The translations under genes and the position numbers were made by a program. The notes under the pieces are model-generated. The model saw nothing but the letters and a program-made list of their open reading frames with translations, was not told the DNA's origin and did no database searches. 64,000 nucleotides of DNA from an uncultured Candidatus Saccharibacteria bacterium (GTDB lineage: Bacteria > Patescibacteriota > Minisyncoccia > Phycocordibacterales > UBA9988): contig CAYNXC010000002.1 of NCBI GenBank assembly GCA_964401135.1, positions 112,975 to 176,974 of the forward strand, given 5' to 3'. How positions within the stretch are numbered: position 1 is the stretch's first letter; each line of letters opens with the position of its first letter. Shown one piece after another: positions 20,701 to 30,113 of this stretch.

Positions 20701-21252
20701 TTATTGGTTATCTTTTTTGTTATTAAGATTTCCATCTCCATCAAGCATTCCCATTTCTTTATAAAACTTCATCCTGCCAGCCTCTGATAGACCCCAGGGA
20801 TTACCTGCTCGCGCTGCTAGTTCTTGCTTGCGCTTTGCTTCGTACTCCTCAAGAAACTTCATTGTCTCTTTCTCTTTTTCCCAACGCTCATTTAGTTTAG
20901 GGTGAGGAATATAAACAGATTTTCCTTGTCGTAATAGTTCAAGCTGTTCCTCAATTTTCCTTTCGTCCTCTCGTTGGTTGTAGAGATGTTGTCCTACGCT
21001 ACAGATTCCCCACACGAGAAGGAAAAGACGGTAGCTCGTATCAATCTTTGTGATTTCAATTCCAATAGTCCAATCAAGAGCTATGCTCAATAGGAAAAGT
21101 ATTCCGAAGGCATAAATGAATCCAAAGAATACGATTCCTAGAAGGTACGAGATGCTTTCCTTTATTTCTTTTAGTGTTGATTGTTCTTGCATACAAAAAG
21201 CGGCAGCCGAGGAGCCTGCTGCCCGTAGTAATGAATTGCACGAGGCAACCAT
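20701..21252 (-). CDS. hypothetical membrane protein of element (2-3 TM helices, charged C-terminal tail); start uncertain
   Basis: hydrophobic segments LLGIVFFGFIYAFGILFLLSIAL and RLFLLVWGICSV; no RBS evident at either candidate start. Confidence 0.45.
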   Translation of the reverse strand: MVASCNSLLRAAGSSAAAFCMQEQSTLKEIKESISYLLGIVFFGFIYAFGILFLLSIALDWTIGIEITKIDTSYRLFLLVWGICSVGQHLYNQREDERKIEEQLELLRQGKSVYIPHPKLNERWEKEKETMKFLEEYEAKRKQELAARAGNPWGLSEAGRMKFYKEMGMLDGDGNLNNKKDNQ

Positions 21253-21375
21253 TTACGGAGGTCTCGACTGCCGCTTTCAGTCCATAAATGGAGCCTGAAA
21301 AGGCAGAGACCTCGTACATATTTCATTACTACAGGCAGCGTACTAATTATAGCAAGGTGTACAATTGTGGCAAGT

Positions 21376-21600
21376 CTACCTTTTGTCCACAGCGTTAAGC
21401 GCATCAGCGATTGCAGCAATAATGTCGTGGATGATACTCTCACTCACTTTTTCGATTTCTTCTTTTGTTAAAGGTCTATCAAGATACGCTTCCGCCTGGT
21501 CTTGCAAGTCAGCTTCTGTAAGCTCGTAGATGGTACGTCCTTCGCCTATTGTGTTCATCTGATTTAGTTGGTTAAAGCTAATAATCTCCAGGGGGTGCAT
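21376..21600 (-). CDS. small acidic hypothetical protein of element
   Basis: 74-aa ORF co-oriented and abutting (3-nt gap) the primase-polymerase gene. Confidence 0.4.
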   Translation of the reverse strand: MHPLEIISFNQLNQMNTIGEGRTIYELTEADLQDQAEAYLDRPLTKEEIEKVSESIIHDIIAAIADALNAVDKR

Positions 21601-21602
21601 TT

Positions 21603-23324
21603 TTAACCATCATCCACCCTGGGTTGGTTGAGTGTGCAAAGTACGGTGTTTTTCTGTCCCTGTTCCGTGTGCACTTCGCCAGCCTCGATAAGTTCTTCGA
21701 GCGTAGTTTTAAGGGTAGAGCGTCCGACTTTCACACCAGCGTCTCCGACACGTTTCAAAACATCACTTTTTGACAGTGGCTCAAGTGATTTTTCCAGTAC
21801 GCTTTTAATAGCCGCCGCAGCCTCTGCCTTCTTGCTCGGTTTCTCTTTCACTTTACCCGCGTACTCGAATCTCAAAGAATGCGGTTCGCTAACGACATTC
21901 ACCTCAAAAGGTTTCTGTTCTTCCTCCTGTCGCAATTTAGTCTGGGTAAGTGTTAAAAACCTCTCATCTGCTTTTCTTGATACAGCAATATGACAGTCCA
22001 GGAACGCGAGAATATCGGATGAGCCACGCATCTCTTGGGATAAATTAGAGGATACGCCACCTTGTTTTCTATGGTGATGCGTGATGAGAACGCTGATGCC
22101 ATTCTTCGTGAACTCTTTGAGATGTTTGGAAACAGCCGCCATTTTTGAAGCATCATTTTCATCTGTATTGTGAATCCTAATGAACGAATCGAAGATGATA
22201 ACTTTCGCTTCCAGCTTTTCGGCTACACCCAGAATGCTTTGCACATTCTCATCATTCAAAGAGAATCCTTGAAGTGAAATAAAGTGAATAGGCAGACCCG
22301 ATGTCGCCGAAAGTTTCTTTAACCGACCTTGAATCAGAGACGGAGAGTTTTCTTCGTCTACGATGAGTACAGGACTTTTCATAACATCAAAGTTATCGAA
22401 AACTCTGTTACCCTCGGCAATTTTGAGTGCGATATGTAGCGTGAGCCACGTCTTGTAGACCGCAGGTGCGCCAGAAATGAAAGTGATAGCGTCTTTCGGA
22501 ATGAGATTCTCGACCACCCACTGAATATCGCCGAAGTCTTGCCGCATCAATTCATCTAGGGACGTTGAAGCGAATGTTTTTGCAGGTTCTTTCTCGCCGC
22601 GCTTCTTGTTTTCACGTTCTCGAATACTCTCAAACGTGCGGCGCAGCTCAACTTCTTCGAGTGGAGGATTGCACTTGCTTTGATTCCAAGCAGATACAAG
22701 CGACCACGCCATTTCCCAGTCATTTCTGTCACGAAAACTACCGAGTAATTTTCCAATGACTTTTGCTGCGGTGTCATTGCGCCTACCTTCCAAAACTTTT
22801 TCATCTGTATTCCGTGAATCATTCCGTGTGCTTACTGGAATCTGTGTATCGAGCACCCACTGTGGCAATTCCTCAAAGCCAGAATCATCAGGAGAAATAA
22901 TCCACTCGTAGGATTTACCACTTTCGTGAATTGAGGGCGGCATAACTACGTACCCACCATCACCACGAACATCCACGTGCGAAATGATTCCAGCACTGTT
23001 TTTAACCTCTCTGCCTGGGTGCTTGTAGAAATAATGTTTTCCTCTACCTGTACGAGAAACTGCTGTAGGAGAAAGTGGTTTGTCTATCTTTTCCATCGTG
23101 TCTACATCAACCACAACAATGCCAGAAATTGCACCTGTAATGACTCCAACATTAGCGTTGGGAAACCGCGCATACCACTCCTCAATTTGTTCCTTCGATG
23201 CTCGCTCTTTCTGATACTTTTGCCAAACTACAAGTGGTTTTTTATCTCGCCCAACAGGAAAAACAGAGAAGCCGAGTTCGGCGTAATGCAATGCTGATTT
23301 AAGAATCTCGTTTCTGTTTTCCAT
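21603..23324 (-). CDS. replication protein: bifunctional DNA primase-polymerase (PrimPol) N-terminal domain fused to RepA/AAA_25-type ATPase-helicase domain
   Basis: PrimPol-like LGFSVFPVGRDKKP...GVITG...VVVDVD; ATPase block LIVDEENSP...VLITHHHRKQGG typical of AAA_25/RepA. Confidence 0.7.
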   Translation of the reverse strand: MENRNEILKSALHYAELGFSVFPVGRDKKPLVVWQKYQKERASKEQIEEWYARFPNANVGVITGAISGIVVVDVDTMEKIDKPLSPTAVSRTGRGKHYFYKHPGREVKNSAGIISHVDVRGDGGYVVMPPSIHESGKSYEWIISPDDSGFEELPQWVLDTQIPVSTRNDSRNTDEKVLEGRRNDTAAKVIGKLLGSFRDRNDWEMAWSLVSAWNQSKCNPPLEEVELRRTFESIRERENKKRGEKEPAKTFASTSLDELMRQDFGDIQWVVENLIPKDAITFISGAPAVYKTWLTLHIALKIAEGNRVFDNFDVMKSPVLIVDEENSPSLIQGRLKKLSATSGLPIHFISLQGFSLNDENVQSILGVAEKLEAKVIIFDSFIRIHNTDENDASKMAAVSKHLKEFTKNGISVLITHHHRKQGGVSSNLSQEMRGSSDILAFLDCHIAVSRKADERFLTLTQTKLRQEEEQKPFEVNVVSEPHSLRFEYAGKVKEKPSKKAEAAAAIKSVLEKSLEPLSKSDVLKRVGDAGVKVGRSTLKTTLEELIEAGEVHTEQGQKNTVLCTLNQPRVDDG

Positions 23325-23326
23325 AA

Positions 23327-23596
23327 TTATTTAATCTTCTTGCTCTTTTCAGCCCAACCACATACGAAGCCTGCCAAGAAGGATGTATCAACCAGGCTTT
23401 TCACATTCAGAAAAGAAATGGGCATACCACCAATTGCATCTGATTTAGCCAGGTTTGTTTGACTGAAATTGGAGAACTCTCGCCACATCTGCTGTTTTAT
23501 TCCCAAGAGTTTTTCTGCTCTTTTTGCGTTGTGTTCGGCTGCGTTGATGACTTGATGCGGGAACTTATTTAAGAACTTTTTAGTAAACTTTTTCAT
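23327..23596 (-). CDS. hypothetical small protein of element
   Basis: ORF only, co-oriented in operon-like array. Confidence 0.35.
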   Translation of the reverse strand: MKKFTKKFLNKFPHQVINAAEHNAKRAEKLLGIKQQMWREFSNFSQTNLAKSDAIGGMPISFLNVKSLVDTSFLAGFVCGWAEKSKKIK

Positions 23597-23603
23597 ATCT
23601 CAA

Positions 23604-23783
23604 TTAGCTATTTTTATTTACCTCCTCGTTTTTAATGCGAAGCTCAATCCTTGCGAGCGTCAGGTAGTAGTCCATTGCTGCTTCCAGCAACTTCTTCACA
23701 TCCTCATCGGGTATACCCGTGAACGCTCCGAGCTTGTCGAAAGGTTTGCGTAGCCGTGCAATTTGTTCGGGTCTCAATTGCAT
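23604..23783 (-). CDS. hypothetical 59-aa protein (below ORF-track cutoff)
   Basis: in-frame ATG..TAA MQLRPEQIARLRKPFDKL..., fills gap between co-oriented genes; not otherwise supported. Confidence 0.25.
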   Translation of the reverse strand: MQLRPEQIARLRKPFDKLGAFTGIPDEDVKKLLEAAMDYYLTLARIELRIKNEEVNKNS

Positions 23784-23785
23784 AG

Positions 23786-24055
23786 CTACTTCTCCGCATA
23801 GAGGCGGTTCTTAAGTTGGCGGAAATTATGGAACAGACTTTGGATGGGGACTTCAATTGTTTTGTCTCCCCAGAAGTCGCTGATAGCTGTTTCAATTCCT
23901 TCCGTCGCGGCAAACACAAAGTCCATCCTCTTGTCGCTTGTACGCTCCAAACCGACCAATTTGAATTGGAGCGTGAGCAGCGTTGCTGCCAAGCCAATAT
24001 CACTGATGAATACTTTTTGCTCTGTGCTTGCCATACTCTGATTCTTGCAAGCCAA
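23786..24055 (-). CDS. hypothetical small protein of element (strand choice tentative; alternative + ORF 23816-24067)
   Basis: co-orientation with flanking minus-strand genes. Confidence 0.3.
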   Translation of the reverse strand: MACKNQSMASTEQKVFISDIGLAATLLTLQFKLVGLERTSDKRMDFVFAATEGIETAISDFWGDKTIEVPIQSLFHNFRQLKNRLYAEK

Positions 24056-24163
24056 GTCCGTACCTAGATATCTCCATAGATACTTTCCAAAAGAGAAAAC
24101 ACTCCCAGAAATGAGAGTGTCTTTTTTACTTGTCCACAGTAGCTATTGAGTACCTATGGGTAC

Positions 24164-24871
24164 CTATCCGATTTTGATGATTTCTATCCGAGGGTTGAGT
24201 CTGTAGCCGCTCCCTTGTTTCGCTTCAATGAGTTTGAGTGAACCTTTTAAGTCCAGCTCGTCAGCAGTTGCTTTATTGAGCTTTCCAAACTCATTGCGCA
24301 ATCGTGCCGATGTCATATCAAGTTCTGATGCCATATCCTGCGTACTTAACTCGTAGTCAGCATTAGGATTGTCAATAAGATATTTGAAAACTTTGAAAGG
24401 CGCTCCATTTCGTGCCATAGAGTATGATTTTTCTTTCGTGTCCTTGAAAACAATCCCTTCGTCTTTGTAGTACAGAACCAATTTGTCTATTGGTGTTTGA
24501 GTAGAGACAACAGACTTTTGCTTATTCACAAATGCCGCAATCTTCTTCGGGTCAATCGTTATACGCCACGCGGTTTCTATGGAGTCGAGCATTTCCTCGT
24601 CGTTTTTTCGCCAGTTTTCTATATCTGCCTCTGATATCTCGTTGAAGTGCCATTCATTTTCTCCGCTCGTTCGCTCCATTTGTCCTTTGCATTGTTCGTG
24701 ATTGCTTACGCCGTGTTTGGATAGAAGCGAAAATCCCAGCATTAAATCGTGCAAGGTAATACCTTTCGCATCAAACATTTTTGTCGGTACATACACGACA
24801 CTTTTTTCTTTATTAAAATCTACACGCGAGTAGTCGTGAATGACTTTTGCGATATCCATCTCCATTGCCAT
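24164..24871 (-). CDS. hypothetical protein of element, possible C-terminal DNA-binding domain
   Basis: 235-aa ORF divergent from xis-like gene; no firm motif. Confidence 0.4.
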   Translation of the reverse strand: MAMEMDIAKVIHDYSRVDFNKEKSVVYVPTKMFDAKGITLHDLMLGFSLLSKHGVSNHEQCKGQMERTSGENEWHFNEISEADIENWRKNDEEMLDSIETAWRITIDPKKIAAFVNKQKSVVSTQTPIDKLVLYYKDEGIVFKDTKEKSYSMARNGAPFKVFKYLIDNPNADYELSTQDMASELDMTSARLRNEFGKLNKATADELDLKGSLKLIEAKQGSGYRLNPRIEIIKIG

Positions 24872-24938
24872 TTATCCAGTTTACCACAACTGGACACATT
24901 TGCTCATAGGCTTACATCGTAGTATTATGAGTATACCT

Positions 24939-25151
24939 ATGAAGAAAAGTAAGGAGGAGCAATTTTTGACTCTTCAAGAGGTCGCCAAGCGCTTGCGGGT
25001 TAGCGAGCGTTCGGTGTTTCGATATATTCACGACGGAAAGATTGAAGCCACGAAAGTGGGCTACTGGCGCATCACTGAAAGTGCTTTGGCAAAGTTTTTG
25101 AAAGACCGCTCCAATCTGAACAAGTCGCCGCGTAAGAAGTCGAAAAAGTAA
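24939..25151 (+). CDS. xis: excisionase-family HTH DNA-binding protein (MerR/Xis-like HTH_17); start at MKKSKEEQ
   Basis: LTLQEVAKRLRVSERSVFRYIHDGKIEATKVGYWRI matches excisionase/HTH_17 pattern. Confidence 0.7.
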   Translation: MKKSKEEQFLTLQEVAKRLRVSERSVFRYIHDGKIEATKVGYWRITESALAKFLKDRSNLNKSPRKKSKK

Positions 25152-25176
25152 CCTCGTTTTTTGAAATGGAAATGTA

Positions 25177-27687
25177 ATGCAAAAAGAAGCCAAAGCCAGA
25201 ATCAAAATAAACAACCTACTACAGCAATCTGGCTGGAGGTTTTTCGATGATGAGAACGGCAAGGCAAACATCACCCTTGAGCTTAATACCAAACTTACGA
25301 ACAAAGATATCAATGATATCGGCGAAAACTTTGAGAACACAAAGAACGGTTTTGTAGACTTCCTTCTGCTCGACGATAAGGGCTTTCCGTACGTTGTTCT
25401 TGAGGCAAAGTCCGAGGACAAAGACCCTCTTGATGGTAAAGAGCAGGCACGTCGCTATGCGCAGTCTCTGAACGTCCGCTTTGTTATCCTTTCAAACGGG
25501 AACCTCCACTACTTCTGGGACTTGGAGCGCGGCAATCCATCCATCATTATCCAATTCCCAACACCTGAATCTCTACAACATTTTGAGCAGTTCAAACCGA
25601 ATCCTAAACAACTTGCCGAGGAAAAAGTTTCTAACGATTACATAGTTCTTACCCAGAAAGCGGAGTACCAAAATGACCCGCGCTGGATAGACGAAGCACA
25701 GCGAGATGATTTCGTGTACGCGGAGTCGCTCAAGTTCTTGCGCCCGTATCAGCTTCGTGCGGTTCAGTCTCTCCAAGAAGCTGCTACTGCTGGTAATGAC
25801 CGTTATCTTTTTGAGATGGCAACGGGTACGGGTAAAACACTCGTGTCTGCTGCTGTTATCAAACTCTTTCTCAAGTCTGGTAATGCAAAGCGCATCCTCT
25901 TTCTTGTAGACCGTTTGGAACTTGAAGACCAAGCCGCAAAGAGTTTTAAGAAACTACTCTCGAAGGATTACACAACTGTTATCTACAAGGAGAGCAAGGA
26001 CGATTGGCGTAAGGCAGAGATTGTTGTCTCAACAGTGCAAAGTCTATCTTTCAATAACAAATACCAGCGACTCTTTTCTCCAACTGACTTCGACCTCATT
26101 ATCTCTGACGAAGCCCATCGTTCAATAGGCGGAAACAGCCGTGCGGTTTTCGAGTATTTTGTTGGCTACAAGCTCGGACTTACAGCAACACCAAAAAATT
26201 ATCTCAAGGGCATTGACCCAGATAAACTCAACTCAAAAGACCCTCGTGCGTGGGAACGCCGACAACTTCTTGATACCTACAAGACTTTTGGTTGCGAGAG
26301 CGGAGAACCTACATTCCGATACACACTCCTCGATGGCGTGAAAGATGGATATCTCATCAACCCTGTTGTTGCTGATGCTCGTACAGAGATTACGACAGAG
26401 CTTCTTTCAGAGAAGGGATATTCTCTGATGGTTGAAAGTGAAGATGGTAAAGAGGAGGAACAGGTCTTCTTTCATACTGATTTCGAGCGTAAGTTTTTCT
26501 CCGACAAGACCAATCAGATTTTGTGCAAAACATTCTTGGAAAACGCACTCAAAGACCCGATTACGGGTGAAATAGGAAAAGGTATCGTTTTCTGTGTGAG
26601 CCAGAAGCACGCCTCAAAAATTACCCAGACGCTCAATCAGTTTGCAGACCAGCTTTATCCAGGAAAGTACAACTCCGATTTTGCGGTGCAGATTACTTCC
26701 AACATTCCGAACGCACAGGAATATACCATCAACTTTGCGAACAATAACCTTAATGGCTATACGAAGTTCCTGGATGGCTATCGTTCCAGCAAGACACGCG
26801 TCTGCGTAACGGTAGGAATGATGACAACAGGATATGACTGCGAAGATATCCTGAATGTGGCACTGATGCGCCCTATATTCTCTCCAACAGATTTCATTCA
26901 GATAAAGGGACGCGGTACACGTAAGTTTTCGTTTGTGCACCAGGAAAAAGAAGGTGGCGAGATACAAGAAGCAAAGATACCAAAAGACAAGTTCAAGCTG
27001 TTCGATTTCTTTGCGAACTGTGAATACTTCGAGGACAAATATAACTACGATGAGGTTTTGGTTCTTCCAACCATCGGCACGGGCACAGGTGGTGGTGATG
27101 GTGTGAATATAGACGAAGTATCAATCACACAGCACGACCCACTCAAGACGTTTACTGAAAAAGCGGTTGGTATGGATGGAATGAAGATTGACCGCAAGCT
27201 ATTTGAGAAGTTTGAGGCGGCAATCAAAGAAGACCCATTCATCAAACAGAAATACGAAGAAGGCGACCTTGCTTCCATCGAAAATTACGTAAAAGAAAAT
27301 ATCTTCGATAAGCCAGAGGAATGGTTTAGTCTCGATAAGCTCCGCAAGTCTGTCAAAGCTGACCGTCGCATCAGCATCCGTGAGTTCATTGCCAAAGCGT
27401 TTGGAGGCATCACCAGGTTCAAGTCAAAGGATGAATTGCTTGAAGATGAGTTTGAGCAATTTGTCGCTATCAACAAACCAGACAGCCAATACGTAATGCC
27501 AATCAAGAATTATTTGAAGGCATACATCACTGATAACGAAATTAGAGACATTATCGAGAAAGGAGAATATACGCGCTTGGCAACCAACCCCAAGCTCACG
27601 TTTGCTGACCTCCAAGAGCTAAATGGTTGGATTGAACGCGTGCCAGAATACGTGAAGGACTACGTATCTCTTAACGCTTATATGTAA
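25177..27687 (+). CDS. hsdR: Type I restriction enzyme R subunit
   Basis: HsdR_N nuclease motif VDFLLLDDKG...VVLEAKSE, SF2 helicase motifs ATGTGKT (I), DEAHR (II), C-terminal helical region. Confidence 0.9.
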   Translation: MQKEAKARIKINNLLQQSGWRFFDDENGKANITLELNTKLTNKDINDIGENFENTKNGFVDFLLLDDKGFPYVVLEAKSEDKDPLDGKEQARRYAQSLNVRFVILSNGNLHYFWDLERGNPSIIIQFPTPESLQHFEQFKPNPKQLAEEKVSNDYIVLTQKAEYQNDPRWIDEAQRDDFVYAESLKFLRPYQLRAVQSLQEAATAGNDRYLFEMATGTGKTLVSAAVIKLFLKSGNAKRILFLVDRLELEDQAAKSFKKLLSKDYTTVIYKESKDDWRKAEIVVSTVQSLSFNNKYQRLFSPTDFDLIISDEAHRSIGGNSRAVFEYFVGYKLGLTATPKNYLKGIDPDKLNSKDPRAWERRQLLDTYKTFGCESGEPTFRYTLLDGVKDGYLINPVVADARTEITTELLSEKGYSLMVESEDGKEEEQVFFHTDFERKFFSDKTNQILCKTFLENALKDPITGEIGKGIVFCVSQKHASKITQTLNQFADQLYPGKYNSDFAVQITSNIPNAQEYTINFANNNLNGYTKFLDGYRSSKTRVCVTVGMMTTGYDCEDILNVALMRPIFSPTDFIQIKGRGTRKFSFVHQEKEGGEIQEAKIPKDKFKLFDFFANCEYFEDKYNYDEVLVLPTIGTGTGGGDGVNIDEVSITQHDPLKTFTEKAVGMDGMKIDRKLFEKFEAAIKEDPFIKQKYEEGDLASIENYVKENIFDKPEEWFSLDKLRKSVKADRRISIREFIAKAFGGITRFKSKDELLEDEFEQFVAINKPDSQYVMPIKNYLKAYITDNEIRDIIEKGEYTRLATNPKLTFADLQELNGWIERVPEYVKDYVSLNAYM

Positions 27688-27689
27688 TT

Positions 27690-30113
27690 ATGCTTACCGC
27701 AGAAACAAAAAGAAAAATTGATAATGCGCGAGATATCCTCGTAGGAAAAGTGCCAGACCCGAAGGCGCAGGTGGAGCAGATTACTACGGCGCTCATCTAT
27801 AAGTTTATGGATGATATGGATATGCACTCTGCCTCTCTCCCGAAAGGTAAAGCGCAATTCTTCACTAACGGTTTTGGAAAATATGCCTGGAGCAAACTGA
27901 TGGATGCGAAACTTGGTGGGCAAGAGCGTCTGAATCTTTACGAGGAAGCGATTAGAAAGATGTCTACTAATCCACACTTACCTCAACTTTTTCGTGATGT
28001 ATTTAAGGATGCTTATCTACCTTATCGAGACCCACAAACACTTAATCTTTTCTTGAAGGAGATAAACGATTTTGAATACGACCATAGCGAGAATCTTGGT
28101 GATGCGTTTGAATACCTACTTTCTGTACTTGGCTCTCAAGGTGAGGCTGGACAATTTCGCACACCACGCCACATCATTGATTTCATTGTTGAAGTGCTTG
28201 ACCCTAAAAAAGATGAAACCATCCTCGACCCAGCGTGTGGTACGGCAGGTTTTCTAATTTCTGCATATAAACACATACTCAAGGCAAATGAAAAAAAGCG
28301 ACTTACACCAGACGAAAAAAAGCGGCTAATGAGCAATTTGGCTGGATACGATATTTCACCAGATATGGTGAAGCTCTCTCTTGTGAATATGTATCTCCAC
28401 GGTTTTCCAAGTCCGAATATTCACGAATACGATACACTCACAAGCGATGAACGTTGGGACGAGCACTTTGACGTAATGATGGCGAATCCTCCTTTTATGA
28501 CTCCGAGGGGCGGTATCCGTCCTCATAAGCGATTTATGGTGCAAGCGAATCGTGCAGAAGTCTTGTTTGTTGATTACATAATGGAACATCTCAACAGCAA
28601 GGGGCGCGCAGGTATTATTGTTCCTGAAGGTGTTATTTTTCAATCTGCTGGTGCATATAAAGAGTTGAGGCGAGCGCTTGTGGCAGATGGATTGTATGCG
28701 GTTGTATCTTTACCTGCTGGTGTCTTTAATCCTTATGCGGGAGTGAAAACCAGTATCCTATTTTTTGATAACCAACTCTCAAAGTTATCCAAGGAAGTGC
28801 TTTTTATCAAAGTACTCAATGATGGTTTTAGTTTAGGTGCACAACGTAGACCAATAGATAAAAATGATTTACCACACGCTCTCAAGGTTTTGCAGGCGCA
28901 CAAAGAGGCAATACTCAATAAGAAAAGAAGCCCTCTCAAAAAAGAAAACCTGTTTGCTTGGACAATAAGTAAAAAGAAAATTGCTGAACGTGTTGATACT
29001 AACCTTGAGGGAGAGAGATACAAACCAGTAAAGTTTGCTGAAAGATTGAAGCATCCATTAGAGGAGTTGGGTAACATTATCGAACTCGATTTTGGAACGA
29101 GGATTACTCAAAAGAATAATACTGGCAGTCTATATCCTGTTTATGGTGGAGGCGGTGAAAGTTTTAGAACCGATGACTTCAACAGGCAGGATGAGGTAGT
29201 GATTTCGAGGTTTGCTATGTCAGAAAATTGTGCGCGAGTTGTGAAGGAAAAGTTTTTCCTAATGGACTCTGGTTTTACTTACTCAATCAAGGAAGAGTTT
29301 GCTGCTAGGGCGGATAAACAGTTCATAGATTACCTAATACTCAATATGCAGGAGCGTATCTATGCCTGTGGCAGAGGGCACGCCCAAAAGAATCTTGATA
29401 CCAAGGCTTTCAAAAAGTTACTCATTCCACTTCCAACACTTGAGGAACAGAAACAAATTATTTCTGAATTAGATAGCTACCAAAAAGTGGTTGATGGTGC
29501 GAATCAAGTAATTGAACACCACAAACCATCAATTCAAATTAGCGAGTCTTGGGAACGAGCAGAACTAGGTGATATTGCCAAGATGGAGTATGGATACACA
29601 GAAACAGCAAAGATTAAGGGAGATGCTCGTTTTGTCCGTATAACAGATATCAGTAACGAAGGACACCTAAAGTCGGAAGGTGCGAAGTACGTAAACCTTA
29701 CCAAAGAGGCAAAGGCATACTTACTCAAGCGCGGGGATGTTCTTGTTGCCCGTACTGGTGCAACGTATGGCAAAACTATGATTTTCAATGAAGAATATCC
29801 AGCAGTATTTGCTTCGTTTCTTATTCGCCTCAATTTCGATACCAAAAAGATTCTCCCAGAATACTATTGGGCATTTGCTCAAACCACTGATTACTGGAAT
29901 CAAGCAAGGGCGTTAGTAACAGGCGGTGTGCAGCCGCAGTTCAATGGTAATGCAATGAAACATCTTTCTATTCCACTACCAAGTTTAGAAGTCCAAGAGC
30001 AAATTATTGCTCAAGTGAAAAATGAACAAGCACACGCTTCATCTGCGATGAAAATGGTTGAGATTTATGGAGATAAGATTAAAAATAAAATTGCCGAAAT
30101 ATGGGGCGAATAA
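27690..30113 (+). CDS. hsdMS: fused Type I R-M methyltransferase-specificity protein (HsdM ~470 aa + HsdS with two target-recognition domains)
   Basis: HsdM N-terminal domain, SAM motif DPACGTAGFL, catalytic NPPF; C-terminal two TRD blocks each ending in HsdS conserved spacer LPLPTLEEQKQI / LPLPSLEVQEQI; uninterrupted 807-aa frame. Confidence 0.85.
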   Translation: MLTAETKRKIDNARDILVGKVPDPKAQVEQITTALIYKFMDDMDMHSASLPKGKAQFFTNGFGKYAWSKLMDAKLGGQERLNLYEEAIRKMSTNPHLPQLFRDVFKDAYLPYRDPQTLNLFLKEINDFEYDHSENLGDAFEYLLSVLGSQGEAGQFRTPRHIIDFIVEVLDPKKDETILDPACGTAGFLISAYKHILKANEKKRLTPDEKKRLMSNLAGYDISPDMVKLSLVNMYLHGFPSPNIHEYDTLTSDERWDEHFDVMMANPPFMTPRGGIRPHKRFMVQANRAEVLFVDYIMEHLNSKGRAGIIVPEGVIFQSAGAYKELRRALVADGLYAVVSLPAGVFNPYAGVKTSILFFDNQLSKLSKEVLFIKVLNDGFSLGAQRRPIDKNDLPHALKVLQAHKEAILNKKRSPLKKENLFAWTISKKKIAERVDTNLEGERYKPVKFAERLKHPLEELGNIIELDFGTRITQKNNTGSLYPVYGGGGESFRTDDFNRQDEVVISRFAMSENCARVVKEKFFLMDSGFTYSIKEEFAARADKQFIDYLILNMQERIYACGRGHAQKNLDTKAFKKLLIPLPTLEEQKQIISELDSYQKVVDGANQVIEHHKPSIQISESWERAELGDIAKMEYGYTETAKIKGDARFVRITDISNEGHLKSEGAKYVNLTKEAKAYLLKRGDVLVARTGATYGKTMIFNEEYPAVFASFLIRLNFDTKKILPEYYWAFAQTTDYWNQARALVTGGVQPQFNGNAMKHLSIPLPSLEVQEQIIAQVKNEQAHASSAMKMVEIYGDKIKNKIAEIWGE

